A stretch of 64,000 nucleotides of DNA. Source: an uncultured Methanobacteriaceae archaeon. Its GTDB lineage: Archaea > Methanobacteriota > Methanobacteria > Methanobacteriales > Methanobacteriaceae. This document shows, one piece after another, positions 54,064 to 64,000 of the stretch. The position numbers and the translations under genes were made by a program. The notes below the pieces were generated by a model. It did no database searches, was not told the DNA's origin, and saw nothing but the letters and a program-made list of their open reading frames with translations. Position 1 is the first letter of the stretch, and every line of letters starts with the position of its first letter. The stretch is from positions 282,292 to 346,291 of the forward strand of contig CAWGSP010000001.1 of the NCBI GenBank assembly GCA_963825335.1, given 5' to 3'.

Positions 54064-55218
54064 ATGATCACTATCAAAGATGCCAAAATTCTTTATGGAG
54101 AGAGCTTGGAAGTTCGAAAAGCCAATATTATCATAGAAGATGATATAATTGTGGAGGTATCTGAAAATATTGAAAAAGGGAAAATAATAGATGGAAAGAA
54201 TTGTATTGTTGCACCTTCTTTAATAAATTCGCATGTACACATTGGTGATTCTGTTGCAAAGGATGTGGGCGATGGTGAGACCATAGACAAAATTGTGAAA
54301 CCTCCAGATGGGTTGAAACACAGGATACTTGCAAACACCTCCACTCAAGATCTCATGAGGTACATGAGGATCACAATGGATGATATGCTCCAAACCGGAA
54401 CTACAACATTTGTAGATTTCCGTGAGGGAGGTTTTGGAGGGATTGATTCGCTAGATAAAGCTTCGATAAACGTTCCGATAACTAAAATAGTTCTTGGAAG
54501 ACACGAATCATTCATGAACCCCGATAAAAAATGGAGCGAACTGGTAAAAATAACAGAAAATCTCCTTAAATCATGTGAAGGGATTGGTTTAAGTGGTTTT
54601 GGTGAAATATCAGATGAATCAGCTTCTGCTGTTATAGAAGCATGCAGGAAAAATTCTAAAATATCATCTATACACGTTGCAGAGTATGAAAAACTTCAAA
54701 CCACATCACTCGAACTATATGGTGAAACAGAAGTTTCAAGGGCTTTGAAATTAGGTTTTGATCTTCTCGTACACTTGACTTCACCTTTAAAAAATGATCT
54801 GGAAATTGTAGGTGAATCAAACACATCGGTAGTTGCCTGTCCCAGATCAAACGGTGCGCTTGGGGTTGGAATTCCACCATTAAAGGATATGTTGGATAAT
54901 AATATCAACGTACTTCTCGGTACAGATAATGTGATGTTCAACTCCCCCAACATGTTCAGGGAAATGGAATATGCACTGAAGGTTACGAGGGGGTTCTACA
55001 AACAATATATATCGCCCGTAGAAATATTCAAAATGGCTACTGTGAACCCATCTAAAGCATTAAAACTCAATACAGGTGTGATTCAAGAAGGTAGAACAGC
55101 AGACATAATGATTATTAATGGGATGTCGTCTAATCCTATCCTATCCTTAATAAATAGAACTGAATCTCAAAACATAAAAACTTTAATTAAAGAGGGTAAT
55201 ATTGTATTTGAAAGATAA
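54064..55218 (+). CDS. metal-dependent amidohydrolase (chlorohydrolase/deaminase family)
   Basis: SHVHIGDS (HxH) near the N-terminus, with later H and D ligand positions (HVAE, GTDN). Confidence 0.75.
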   Translation: MITIKDAKILYGESLEVRKANIIIEDDIIVEVSENIEKGKIIDGKNCIVAPSLINSHVHIGDSVAKDVGDGETIDKIVKPPDGLKHRILANTSTQDLMRYMRITMDDMLQTGTTTFVDFREGGFGGIDSLDKASINVPITKIVLGRHESFMNPDKKWSELVKITENLLKSCEGIGLSGFGEISDESASAVIEACRKNSKISSIHVAEYEKLQTTSLELYGETEVSRALKLGFDLLVHLTSPLKNDLEIVGESNTSVVACPRSNGALGVGIPPLKDMLDNNINVLLGTDNVMFNSPNMFREMEYALKVTRGFYKQYISPVEIFKMATVNPSKALKLNTGVIQEGRTADIMIINGMSSNPILSLINRTESQNIKTLIKEGNIVFER

Positions 55219-55300
55219 GATTAACCTTGATAGATCATTATGATGAATACATAAATTTGCTAGAAAATTAATTACTGATAAAAAAAGAATAAATGATACC

Positions 55301-56605
55301 ATGTTAGACATCAAACTTTTCAGGAAAAATCCCGAGATAATCTGTAACTCAGAAAAAAAACGTTTTAGAAGCACTAAAAACGTTGAAAAAGTCATTGAAT
55401 ACGATGAAAAATGGAGAAACGGTCTAAATAAACTTAATGGACTTCGGGCTGAAAGGAACAGATTGTCAAAATCCTTTAATCAAGCTCGAAAAGAGGGAAA
55501 AGCAGCATTTGAATCACTTCAAATGAAAGCAAAAGAAGTTTCGAGCGAAATTAATAAACTCGAACCATTAATAGCAGAGTATATAGAAAAGAGAGATGAA
55601 TTCCGTTATAAAGTTGGTAATATCATCGAAGATGATGTACCAATATCTGAATCCGAGGATGATAATTTAGTTATCCGTAACAACGGCGAGATACCGTCCT
55701 TTCCATTCAAAGCATCCAACCATGTCGATTTAATAGAAGGTGTGGATGGTGCTGAATTTAAACGTGCAGCAGAAATATCAGGTTCACGTTATTACTATTT
55801 AAAGGCCGACATTGTCTATCTTAACATGGCCCTCATAAAGTTTGCTGTAGACATTTTAGCCGAACGAGGTTTTACACCATTTCAGACACCATTCTTCATA
55901 AAACATGATGTTATTAAGGAAACAGCTGAACTTGCAGACTTCGAAGAAACACTGTACAAGGTTGAAGGTGAAGATCTTTACATGATCGCAACTTCAGAAC
56001 AAACACTTGCTGCACTGCATCGTGGTGAAATAATCGATTCAAGAACTTTGCCGCGCAAATATTGTGGTATTTCAACATGTTTTAGGCGAGAAGCCGGTTC
56101 TCATGGTCGAGATACCCTAGGAATATTCCGGGTGCATCAATTTGAAAAAATTGAGCAGTTTGTTTTTTGCAGCGAAGAAGAAACCAAAGACATTCACCAG
56201 GAGCTCTTGGAAAATGCAGAAACCATCTATAAACAATTAGGCATACCATACAGGATAGTTTCCATAGTATCATCAGAACTGAATGATAACGCATCCAAGA
56301 AATATGATTTAGAAGGCTGGTTTCCGGGTTCTGAAACCTACAGGGAACTGGTGTCCTGCACCAACTGTGGTGATTACCAAGCACGAAAACTCAATGCCCG
56401 TTATGGAATACAAGGCGATTTAGATTCTTTAAAGATGTGCAACACCCTCAATAGTACGGCCATTGCTACTGAACGGACAATATGTTGTATTTTAGAAAAT
56501 TATCAACAGGAAGACGGCACCATCCTAATACCTGAGGTTCTAATCCCATATATGAATGGAAAGAAGGTCATAGGGATTGAAAAACTGGACGAGTCCAATG
56601 AATAA
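55301..56605 (+). CDS. serS: seryl-tRNA synthetase, canonical (bacterial-like) type
   Basis: N-terminal coiled coil, motif 2 FRREAGSHGRDTLGIFRVHQF, and motif 3 region NSTAIATERT. Confidence 0.9.
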   Translation: MLDIKLFRKNPEIICNSEKKRFRSTKNVEKVIEYDEKWRNGLNKLNGLRAERNRLSKSFNQARKEGKAAFESLQMKAKEVSSEINKLEPLIAEYIEKRDEFRYKVGNIIEDDVPISESEDDNLVIRNNGEIPSFPFKASNHVDLIEGVDGAEFKRAAEISGSRYYYLKADIVYLNMALIKFAVDILAERGFTPFQTPFFIKHDVIKETAELADFEETLYKVEGEDLYMIATSEQTLAALHRGEIIDSRTLPRKYCGISTCFRREAGSHGRDTLGIFRVHQFEKIEQFVFCSEEETKDIHQELLENAETIYKQLGIPYRIVSIVSSELNDNASKKYDLEGWFPGSETYRELVSCTNCGDYQARKLNARYGIQGDLDSLKMCNTLNSTAIATERTICCILENYQQEDGTILIPEVLIPYMNGKKVIGIEKLDESNE

Positions 56606-56857
56606 TTTGAACTTGTATCGAACATGGTAAAAAAACAACCCACTTTTATTGGGCCAACTCAATAAAATTTTTTACTTAATCCTACAAATTCAGAATTGGA
56701 TGTGTGAGGATAAAAAAAATAATCAGATCTATTTGATAACAGTTGATCATGTTTATTGAATATTTATATGATATGAGAACCAAATATCCATAGAATTCAT
56801 TATTATTTAATCAATGCATGATAGTTGTACTATTAATATTTTATACGAGGTGTACCA

Positions 56858-57301
56858 ATGTACAAAAAGATATTATTACCTACAGATGGTTCAGAGTACG
56901 CGAATAAGGCTGCAGAACATGCAATCTGGATTGCACGTGCAAGTGGTGCAGAAATTATAGCACTAAATGTCATCGAAACTTCTTCACTCGTTGGACTGCC
57001 CGCTGAAGATCTCGTTGTCAGGATCAAAGAAATGTTAAAAGAAGAAGGACGCCAATCCCTCGAACATATCTACGAAATGGCCCAAAAAGAAACAGTAGAT
57101 GACGGGGATATAAAAGTAACTTTAATAACCGAAGAGGGTTCTCCTGCAGATGCTATATTAAAAACTATTGATAAAGAACACATAGATCTGGTTGTGATGG
57201 GTACCTCTGGAAAACACGGGCTTGACAGATTTTTACTCGGAAGTGTTACTGAAAAGGTGGTCAGATCAGCAAAGTGTCCAGTTTTAGCTGTTCATGTATA
57301 A
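56858..57301 (+). CDS. universal stress protein (UspA family)
   Basis: [12 protein letters not shown]-terminus and [23 protein letters not shown]-binding motif. Confidence 0.88.
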   Translation: MYKKILLPTDGSEYANKAAEHAIWIARASGAEIIALNVIETSSLVGLPAEDLVVRIKEMLKEEGRQSLEHIYEMAQKETVDDGDIKVTLITEEGSPADAILKTIDKEHIDLVVMGTSGKHGLDRFLLGSVTEKVVRSAKCPVLAVHV

Positions 57302-57370
57302 TATTTAAAATTTAAATTTTTTTTAAAAATTGGTTATTCTTATTAATTTTATTATTGGTTGGTGTAAACA

Positions 57371-58207
57371 ATGTTAGTAAAAGAAATAATGGCCGAAGAT
57401 TTATATTTTGCACACGTCCCGGGTAACCGTGCAAATGCCATGGAACTCATGAGAGAAAAGAAAGTGTCAGGATTACCCATAGTAAAAAATGGAACAAAGG
57501 AACTTGTTGGAGTGCTCACACGTACAGATCTAGTTGAAAATCCAGATGAAGAACAAATAGCACTGATAATGACTAGAAACGTTGTAACTGCTTCTCCTGA
57601 TGATAATGTAGTTGATATTGCTGCTAAGATGATGGAAAATAACGTCAGAAGAATTCCAATAGTTGAAGATGGTAACTTAGTTGGTCTGGTCACTGCATCT
57701 GATTTAATAAACAAAGCTTTATGGAAGATGGATGTCCAAGTGCCTGCTGAAAGTTATATGATCAGGAGCATCCCTACCAGCTGGGAAGGAACACCCCTTA
57801 ATGTTGCATTCGAAATTATGAGGTATTTCAACCTAAAGGTACTTCTAGGACTGAATAAAGAAGGAAAATTATCTGGAATACTGACAGAAACTGATTTTAT
57901 AGAGGAAAGCGAAGTTGTATCCGAAAGAACAGTTCATAACACATCGGTTGGTACTGAAGGGGATAAATGGTCCTGGGACAGTCAAAGCGTGTTGTACGTC
58001 ATAAAAAACCATCTTAAATTTTCGGATAAAACAATTAAAGACGTAGCCAACGCCGAGCTTGTGATTGTCACCACCAAAACCTCGGTACAAGAATGTGCAA
58101 ATAAGATGAGACAAAAAAATATTGAACAAATTCCAGTGATCGATGTCCAAGGAGATCTTGTTGGACTCGTCAGAGCGATCGATCTAATAAAAGCCATCAG
58201 CGATTAA
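57371..58207 (+). CDS. four-CBS-domain protein
   Basis: Four CBS repeats recognisable in the translation. Confidence 0.8.
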   Translation: MLVKEIMAEDLYFAHVPGNRANAMELMREKKVSGLPIVKNGTKELVGVLTRTDLVENPDEEQIALIMTRNVVTASPDDNVVDIAAKMMENNVRRIPIVEDGNLVGLVTASDLINKALWKMDVQVPAESYMIRSIPTSWEGTPLNVAFEIMRYFNLKVLLGLNKEGKLSGILTETDFIEESEVVSERTVHNTSVGTEGDKWSWDSQSVLYVIKNHLKFSDKTIKDVANAELVIVTTKTSVQECANKMRQKNIEQIPVIDVQGDLVGLVRAIDLIKAISD

Positions 58208-58208
58208 T

Positions 58209-58631
58209 ATGTCAGAAACACCGATATTAAAGATCAAATCCGATCCTGAAACCATAAAAATTATTGCAAAACTGAAAGGTGAAGTTTCAGTCCAGACAAT
58301 AAACCTAAGGTTAGTCTTAGCAAACTCATGGTGGGAAGGTGAACCCCAACTTGAAACCTTTTTCAATGTCATGGAACTAACGATCAAAAAAGCATTGAAC
58401 GAAGTGTACCCTCACAATAAAATGGTTATAGACTACATTTTTTCAGCCAATGACTCACTCAAAGATGCATCAGAAATATTAATCGAGATCACAGACATAA
58501 AAATTGATGATACAGTCGTTGATATTGGGGGACGGTATATAACCATAGGTGGTGCCGATTCACGGGGATTTTTCAAGAAGTTAACCAGCTACAGAAGGAA
58601 ATATTCTGAGGAAGTCCACAAGGAAATATAG
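58209..58631 (+). CDS. hypothetical protein, translationally coupled to the CBS gene
   Basis: The ATG lies 1 nt after the upstream TAA. 140 aa, no motif recognised. Confidence 0.5.
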   Translation: MSETPILKIKSDPETIKIIAKLKGEVSVQTINLRLVLANSWWEGEPQLETFFNVMELTIKKALNEVYPHNKMVIDYIFSANDSLKDASEILIEITDIKIDDTVVDIGGRYITIGGADSRGFFKKLTSYRRKYSEEVHKEI

Positions 58632-58690
58632 CAAGGATTTCACTGAAATATTATTTTATCAAAAAACTTTTTTTTTGAATTTAAAAAAAT

Positions 58691-59740
58691 TTAAATATTT
58701 CTTCTAATACTTGGTAAAACCTCGATCAGCAAATTTTCTGCATCTTCCCTGTCAACTACTCGTCTCGCAACTACTTTACCTGCTTTGAAAATTGTCACGT
58801 TTCTGTCTTGTATTTCAAGCATTGCAATTCCCATCTCTTCAGAACACTTCACACTCCCCAATTTTTTAAGATTTTCACATGTTTTATTGATGTTAATGGT
58901 GTAGGGAAGCTCAGTTTCAAACATTATCCTATTTTTTTCGTCCTTACAAGGTTTATAGACCACAATATCCTTTTTTGAATCTCCATAACCTCCAATATCG
59001 AGTGTAATTTTTTTAAAACCTACAGCCTTTAATTCTGAATCCAAATGATTAATAACCCCAATGTTAAGGATCTTTTCTAGGTTGCCCAGTTCAACCAGTG
59101 CTACTCCATCTTGATCACGTACCCTAACTATTTCAGATCCTGAAAGTCCCTTTAAAAGAGATTCAGCATAGATAATTCTGTTAATTTTTTTGGGAGTTAT
59201 TTCACTATTTTTTGATATTCTAGTGGCTAAACAAGTTGTTGACTTCGAATAATCTATTTCAAGCATTTCAAGGACATTTTTAACGTCTTCAGCCGTGAAA
59301 CCTGCTTTAACAAGTGGGCTTTTGATATTTTTTTCGTAATTGACCATTATTCCGGGCCTGTCTTCCAAAAGATCCGTTATATTAGTTCCGTCAACCACTG
59401 TTAATCCTTCATTTTCTGCTATCTCCAATAGTTTTGAGTACATTTTAGTTTTACAAATATAACACCGGTTTGGTGGATTAGATTTAAATGATGGATCGTG
59501 CAAAAAATCTTCCTTCACAATTGAATGTTTGATGCCTATTGTTTCTGCGATCTTCCCAGCATTTTTCATGCAGTCAGAGGGCATAACACCATTATCAACA
59601 GAAACAGCAATTGCTTCTTTTGATACTTCTTGCGCTACAGCTGCTACCAATGAACTGTCGGCCCCTCCTGAAAATGCTACAAGTAAATGTCCACCCCTCA
59701 GATCTGCTTTAAGTTTTTCGAGTTTCTCTTCAATTTTCAT
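58691..59740 (-). CDS. PP-loop ATP pyrophosphatase, LarE/TIGR00268-like sulfur transferase, with a C-terminal extension
   Basis: SGGADS PP-loop, CYIC plus CLATR cysteines, and about 90 extra C-terminal residues containing a TBP-repeat-like NVTIFKAGKVVARRVVDREDAENL. Confidence 0.7.
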   Translation of the reverse strand: MKIEEKLEKLKADLRGGHLLVAFSGGADSSLVAAVAQEVSKEAIAVSVDNGVMPSDCMKNAGKIAETIGIKHSIVKEDFLHDPSFKSNPPNRCYICKTKMYSKLLEIAENEGLTVVDGTNITDLLEDRPGIMVNYEKNIKSPLVKAGFTAEDVKNVLEMLEIDYSKSTTCLATRISKNSEITPKKINRIIYAESLLKGLSGSEIVRVRDQDGVALVELGNLEKILNIGVINHLDSELKAVGFKKITLDIGGYGDSKKDIVVYKPCKDEKNRIMFETELPYTININKTCENLKKLGSVKCSEEMGIAMLEIQDRNVTIFKAGKVVARRVVDREDAENLLIEVLPSIRRNI

Positions 59741-59795
59741 ATGGTATCGTCCCTAGGTTTATCGAGAATTTTAGTTTGGTTATCTTATTCTATCA

Positions 59796-60494
59796 TTATT
59801 TTAATCCTTTTACATACTGCAGAACTTCTAATGCATCCTGTTTTTTCAGGTTGACAGCATTTTTTTCGAAAAATATTTTGAGTTCTTCCATTTTTTCGGT
59901 TTGTAAATTTGAATCGTTAATGATTCGTTTGTATGTTCTTTTCGGATAATAGGTGGATTTTGCAGTTTCAACCAATTTTTTGTGTTCTGAGTTGTTGATG
60001 ATTCCATTGTCTAATGCCCTCTTAAAGTTGTAGTTCATACTTATCAGGGCTTCTGAAAGTTGTTCTAAGTTGTCTGGGTTGATGGTAACAGCCACATCAT
60101 CGTCAGATTCAACATCCCCATCCCTATAAGCTCTGTAAACCTTACCGACCCCTATCATTCCGAAATCATCCAGTTCAGATGCGCGAAGTGCACCCATACT
60201 GGCACCTCCCACCACAGTTATGTCATTTTTAATGGCTTTAAGAATCTCTTTGTGTGATACTGCGGGTTGTTGATGGAATACTCCATCGATAATTACAATG
60301 ATATCTGGATCATCATCCAGTGCCTTGATTATATCGCCTCTTGCTACAGGTGGACGATAATCTGCTTTAAGGATTTTTGCGGCCTCTCTTGGTTGTAATG
60401 AAGGACCCGTAAATATTATGATTTTTTTATTTAAATTCAAGATCTTGCCTCGGTAAATTTTTAAATCCGACTTATTTTTTTTTAAACAAGCCAA
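59796..60494 (-). CDS. tfuA: TfuA-like protein
   Basis: IIIFTGPSL...YRPPVARGDI...IIDGVF...VSHKEIL...GASSMGALRA signature. The ORF-track start is a TTG. The true start is probably an internal TTG shortly before KKIIIF. Confidence 0.8.
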   Translation of the reverse strand: MACLKKNKSDLKIYRGKILNLNKKIIIFTGPSLQPREAAKILKADYRPPVARGDIIKALDDDPDIIVIIDGVFHQQPAVSHKEILKAIKNDITVVGGASMGALRASELDDFGMIGVGKVYRAYRDGDVESDDDVAVTINPDNLEQLSEALISMNYNFKRALDNGIINNSEHKKLVETAKSTYYPKRTYKRIINDSNLQTEKMEELKIFFEKNAVNLKKQDALEVLQYVKGLK

Positions 60495-60792
60495 TTATCG
60501 AAAAACACACTATCCAAATAGAACTTATGGTCGTTGTTAATCTATATTTTTTGTCATAGTATTTATCAAATATTTTAAATATTTTATAAACAAAAAAATA
60601 GTGGTTTTGGATTGCGATCCAAATGATGGTCTGTTCTGTGGCTCGCTATGTTGTAAATTATTCCAATAAAAATTATATTTGGTCAAGATCCACTAGAAAT
60701 AGATATATATGATTCTATGTTGATTATATTAATCAGAAATTTAGATTAAAAATCATAATATTATGTATTTAGTAATTACTTAATTATACACC

Positions 60793-61293
60793 CTATAAAA
60801 CAACTTCTTCGTGAAGTTTTTTGAGTCGTGTGATCGAAGGGTGGTTGTTTCCAAATTTGTTCCCCCATTTCTCTATTACGAATTTCAAATCCACTTCCAG
60901 AGTACCATTTATAAGATTATCTGCATGTGCAACAATTTTTTCCTCAAAGGTTAGTGGCATATAGTCCATTGGTGGTAACCCTAGTATTATAGCCTCGTTT
61001 CTAGGTATACCTGCCCCTATGTGGTTGAGTGTGATATTGACTATTTCAACTGGAAAATCGAGTTGTGTTAAAATTTCTGCACCAACAACAGCATGTCTAA
61101 TTGTATGTGTTTTCGATCTGCCTATGTCGTGTAATAATGCGCCTTTTGTTATTAGTTCTAGATTTACAGAAGATCCAGATTTTTTTTGAAAATTAGAAGC
61201 CATTTCCAACGATTTTTTAGATACGGCCCTGCAATGTTCGATTATGTTGGGCTGGCAGTTAGCATCCTTCAATGTTTTTAAGCTTTGATTCAA
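60793..61293 (-). CDS. HD-domain phosphohydrolase (small archaeal TIGR00295-like)
   Basis: Has H...HD (LLHDIGR) and later H.AD residues. Confidence 0.75.
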   Translation of the reverse strand: MNQSLKTLKDANCQPNIIEHCRAVSKKSLEMASNFQKKSGSSVNLELITKGALLHDIGRSKTHTIRHAVVGAEILTQLDFPVEIVNITLNHIGAGIPRNEAIILGLPPMDYMPLTFEEKIVAHADNLINGTLEVDLKFVIEKWGNKFGNNHPSITRLKKLHEEVVL

Positions 61294-61374
61294 ATATTCC
61301 CCTCTGAAATATTTTACTGAAATATTTTAAATAAAAGAACGAGATATTTCCTAAAAATAGAAAAATAAAAAAAA

Positions 61375-61863
61375 TTAACCTATCTTATTTATCATCTGCT
61401 TCAATTCAACAATTATAGTAGAATTATCCTGATATTCGAGTGACCCACTACATATTGGGCATTCGAAGTTGTTTTCTGAAGCTTCTTCAAACTTGTATCT
61501 GTGCCCGTTATCCTTGCATGTGAAGAACATATTTTCTTCTTCGTATTCTAAGGACTCTTCAATTTCCCGTGAAAACTTTTCATATTTTTTAGTTATTATA
61601 TCCGAGACTTTATCCTGCTCAAATCTCCAACTGTACGTATACCATTGGGTTTCGGGATCTTTACTTCTTTTATAAGTTGCAATTCCCGCATCGTACAATT
61701 TGTATAACACTTTTCTTACAATATTCAACCTGATTTCGGTTTCTTCTGCAATTTCTTCATCAGTTGTCTTTCCTTTCAACATACATTCAATGATAGAAAC
61801 ACTACTCTTTTCATCATTGGTTATATCCATTAGAATTTCTTGAACCGTTGGATCGTTAAGCAT
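61375..61863 (-). CDS. tfe: transcription factor E (TFE alpha)
   Basis: Winged-helix N-terminus ([15 protein letters not shown]) and a C-terminal zinc ribbon (C...CPIC). Confidence 0.85.
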   Translation of the reverse strand: MLNDPTVQEILMDITNDEKSSVSIIECMLKGKTTDEEIAEETEIRLNIVRKVLYKLYDAGIATYKRSKDPETQWYTYSWRFEQDKVSDIITKKYEKFSREIEESLEYEEENMFFTCKDNGHRYKFEEASENNFECPICSGSLEYQDNSTIIVELKQMINKIG

Positions 61864-62250
61864 TTCAGCCCCTCCTTTGTTATGTGAGATTTTTACATGG
61901 AATCATAGAAGCATTGATTTGAGCAATTTCAAAGTACTCCTCAGCCTTTTAATGAAGTCTTTTTGGGTCAATTTAGTAAACTTATATTACCACGCCATGT
62001 TAGTTTAGATATTTTAAACCATAGATCGATCATTGGATCGATAAATATTGTCCCATACCCAAGTTGTTGTAACTGAAAATATATTCTTTATAAACGGACA
62101 GCCATTAAAAAATCAAATCATAGCCATTCAAAATTATTCGGTCCGTAAATAGACATGGCAATGACAACTTTGGTGTTGTAATATATGGTTCAGATAGTAT
62201 TTATAATTTGTTGATATCCAACACCAATAAAAAAATTAAGAAGTTTAAGG

Positions 62251-63156
62251 TCATTTAAACCCTCTCACGATTACCGCAGGGGTATGTTCAATTGAATCCA
62301 ACATTTGAACGGTAACTTCCTGTAAACCCCCGTTAAATGTAGTTCCCATATCGTATACAGTTTCAATGTTCTTTTCATCATTTTTGTGAAAATCTTCTGC
62401 TATTTTAGCTATTTTGAGAGCGGTGTTTATGTTTTGTGGGCTTGAAACGCCGAGTGGAGTTGGACCCAATATTTTGCCAAACCTGCCTAATAAGTATCCT
62501 ATGACTCCAAGATCACATTTAATACCTTCTAAAGCTATTGGAAGGGATGTGAATTTCTTTCCCATTAGCTGGTAACTGGCATCGGTGTCTATTATCATCA
62601 CTGTCACATCGAGTTTAAGTTGATCGTGTATTTTCTTTGAGATATCACAAGCAGCTCCTTCAGGATCGTCTGGAAGCAGTGAAACCATTGTCCCAGGAAC
62701 ATTGCTTAAATCCACACCCGCCTCAGATGCTGGTTTTAATGCGTGTTTCCATCCATAATATTCCAATATAAATCTTTTATGTGCCCTGGCTTCAGGCGGT
62801 AGTTTTCTGAGGTTTTGTATGGTCCGGCTCTTTATTTTAAAAAGCGGACCAAGTATGTATCCCCAGAAATATTTAGACCATATGTCCGCCAATAGGAATG
62901 AAATGATTGAAGATTCAAATTTTGATTCATCAACGAGTCTGCCCTGAGAAACTGAAATTGGTGTTTCTGAGATAACCAGGAAGTCACCATCTTCAAGCAG
63001 GTTCGATGCGCTTTCAATTATAATATTATAGGACTCATTTGGTTTGATATAACCTGTTTTGACCGGTATTGTAATATATTTTACTTCTTCTTTTGTTAAT
63101 GGCCATTTTTCAGATTTTACATTTGCAGGATTGTTTTTCATTAAAAATATCCTCAA
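62251..63156 (-). CDS. CofE-like (F420-0:gamma-glutamyl ligase fold) protein
   Basis: The [18 protein letters not shown] segment resembles the CofE core. It is longer than the canonical archaeal CofE as I remember it. Confidence 0.55.
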   Translation of the reverse strand: MRIFLMKNNPANVKSEKWPLTKEEVKYITIPVKTGYIKPNESYNIIIESASNLLEDGDFLVISETPISVSQGRLVDESKFESSIISFLLADIWSKYFWGYILGPLFKIKSRTIQNLRKLPPEARAHKRFILEYYGWKHALKPASEAGVDLSNVPGTMVSLLPDDPEGAACDISKKIHDQLKLDVTVMIIDTDASYQLMGKKFTSLPIALEGIKCDLGVIGYLLGRFGKILGPTPLGVSSPQNINTALKIAKIAEDFHKNDEKNIETVYDMGTTFNGGLQEVTVQMLDSIEHTPAVIVRGFK

Positions 63157-63222
63157 TAAATTTGGTACTATTATGGGTTATATTTGAAAAAAATTAGTTA
63201 TTGAAATTAAATAATATCTGGA

Positions 63223-63906
63223 TCATCCCTTTATGGGCGGTGCCCATACCTTAAGGTCGATCCCTTCTATTATTGCTCTTTTACCAATTAATTGAACTAC
63301 AATTCCCGAATGAACTTTCTGCATCATACAATGGCCCGGGAGGAACCTGATAGTTTCTCCTACCTTTGGTAATTTACCATCGATGATTCCTTCAAATCCT
63401 CCGACCATGCACACACCAATATCCATGTAATCAAATTCTGTCTCTGCATCGAGTCTATGGCATGGCCCTATCATATGCACAGTAATTAATCCATTGTCTT
63501 CGTTTAATATCCTAGCAAAGTGTATTATAGGGCATCCAAGGGGCCTGTATCTTATTATATCATCTGCTTTGAGCTCTTTTCTTGTAAATGGATAAAGTAC
63601 TTCCCTGCAAGAATGTTCTTCTGGTAGTGGATTCAAGACGAAATCTGCTTCATATCCATCTAAAAGTCCAACTAACTGTTTTTCTTCGGGTATTATATTT
63701 TCCTGTCTCAATATTTCTTCGATTTCATTTCTATTTTTATCGAAGATTTCCTGGTACAAAAATCTGCACTTTCCAATTTCTGTTCCATTTTTAAGGAGTG
63801 AATGCCCGAACTCGTCACAACGTGCGTATCCACAGATACCACAGTTAAAACCCGGGAGTAATTTTATGATGTTATCTATTTGAGAGTTGATTGAACTGTT
63901 TTTCAT
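63223..63906 (-). CDS. Fe-S-domain protein (RnfB-N-type CxxCxxxxC motif) with an uncharacterised C-terminal domain
   Basis: [17 protein letters not shown] motif. The ATG is preceded by AGGAGA. Confidence 0.6.
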   Translation of the reverse strand: MKNSSINSQIDNIIKLLPGFNCGICGYARCDEFGHSLLKNGTEIGKCRFLYQEIFDKNRNEIEEILRQENIIPEEKQLVGLLDGYEADFVLNPLPEEHSCREVLYPFTRKELKADDIIRYRPLGCPIIHFARILNEDNGLITVHMIGPCHRLDAETEFDYMDIGVCMVGGFEGIIDGKLPKVGETIRFLPGHCMMQKVHSGIVVQLIGKRAIIEGIDLKVWAPPIKG

Positions 63907-64000
63907 CGATATCTCCTTGATTCTAAATTAACTATTCTATTCTCCTTCATAACTTTGAAAACCATCGATCCTTCGAAGAATACCCCGGTGATACTTCTTA
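63903..64000 (-). CDS. 3' end of an upstream gene (5' part lies outside the window)
   Basis: The frame is open from the window edge. It ends in a TGA that overlaps the next ATG (ATGA). A second frame is also open over part of this stretch. Confidence 0.3.
   Translation of the reverse strand, partial: RSITGVFFEGSMVFKVMKENRIVNLESRRYR

Overview
This is an AT-rich, gene-dense archaeal chromosome segment. I infer it comes from a hydrogenotrophic, pseudomurein-walled methanogen of the order Methanobacteriales. The basis is gene content: mch, archaeal-type metE and thyA, hypA/hypB, nikR, a hydrogenase maturation protease, tfuA, and a Mur-ligase/MraY-like cluster.

Main blocks:
- 4.0-12.3 kb (minus strand): the classical archaeal exosome/proteasome/RNase P/ribosomal superoperon. 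Order is L15e, COG1931, Rpp30, Pop5, PsmA, SBDS, Rrp4, Rrp41, Rrp42, L37ae, RpoP, Brix, Pcc1, prefoldin beta.
- 12.4-17.1 kb: C1 and cofactor genes (ribC, mch, thyA, metE) plus two uncharacterised co-oriented ORFs.
- 17.8-32 kb: tRNA-Ala, hypAB, prs, a DEAD-box helicase, LonB, cobQ, trkA, a tandem tRNA-Gly pair, nikR, and a hydrogenase maturation protease.
- 32.3-41.2 kb: a pseudomurein-type cell-wall cluster. It holds an ATP-grasp protein, an MraY-like transferase and three Mur-type ligases, followed by two uncharacterised exported proteins.
- 41.7-64 kb: MBF1, PAN, a C/D box sRNA, cbiJ, a P-type ATPase, rimI, carAB, serS, USP and CBS proteins, a LarE-like/TfuA pair, TFE, and a CofE-like/Fe-S pair.

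Most noteworthy observations:
1. The two translationally coupled exported proteins at the end of the Mur-ligase cluster are candidate extracytoplasmic pseudomurein assembly factors.
2. Three otherwise intact genes (hypB, the DEAD-box helicase, a methyltransferase) each need a +1 frame correction. A GrpB gene carries two 1-nt deletions.
3. rrp41 has conserved coding sequence upstream of any canonical start codon.
4. rrp4 carries a perfect 9-bp x 11 repeat that encodes an (SEE)n tail.
5. A textbook C/D box sRNA lies after pan. One of its guides points at the C of a CUCAUA sequence.
6. tfuA sits next to a Cys-rich LarE-like PP-loop enzyme, with no ycaO beside it.
7. Duplicated palindromic operator-like sites lie upstream of carAB.

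No CRISPR array, transposase, integrase or obvious defence system was seen. All calls rest on reading the translations and sequence by eye. No database search was possible.
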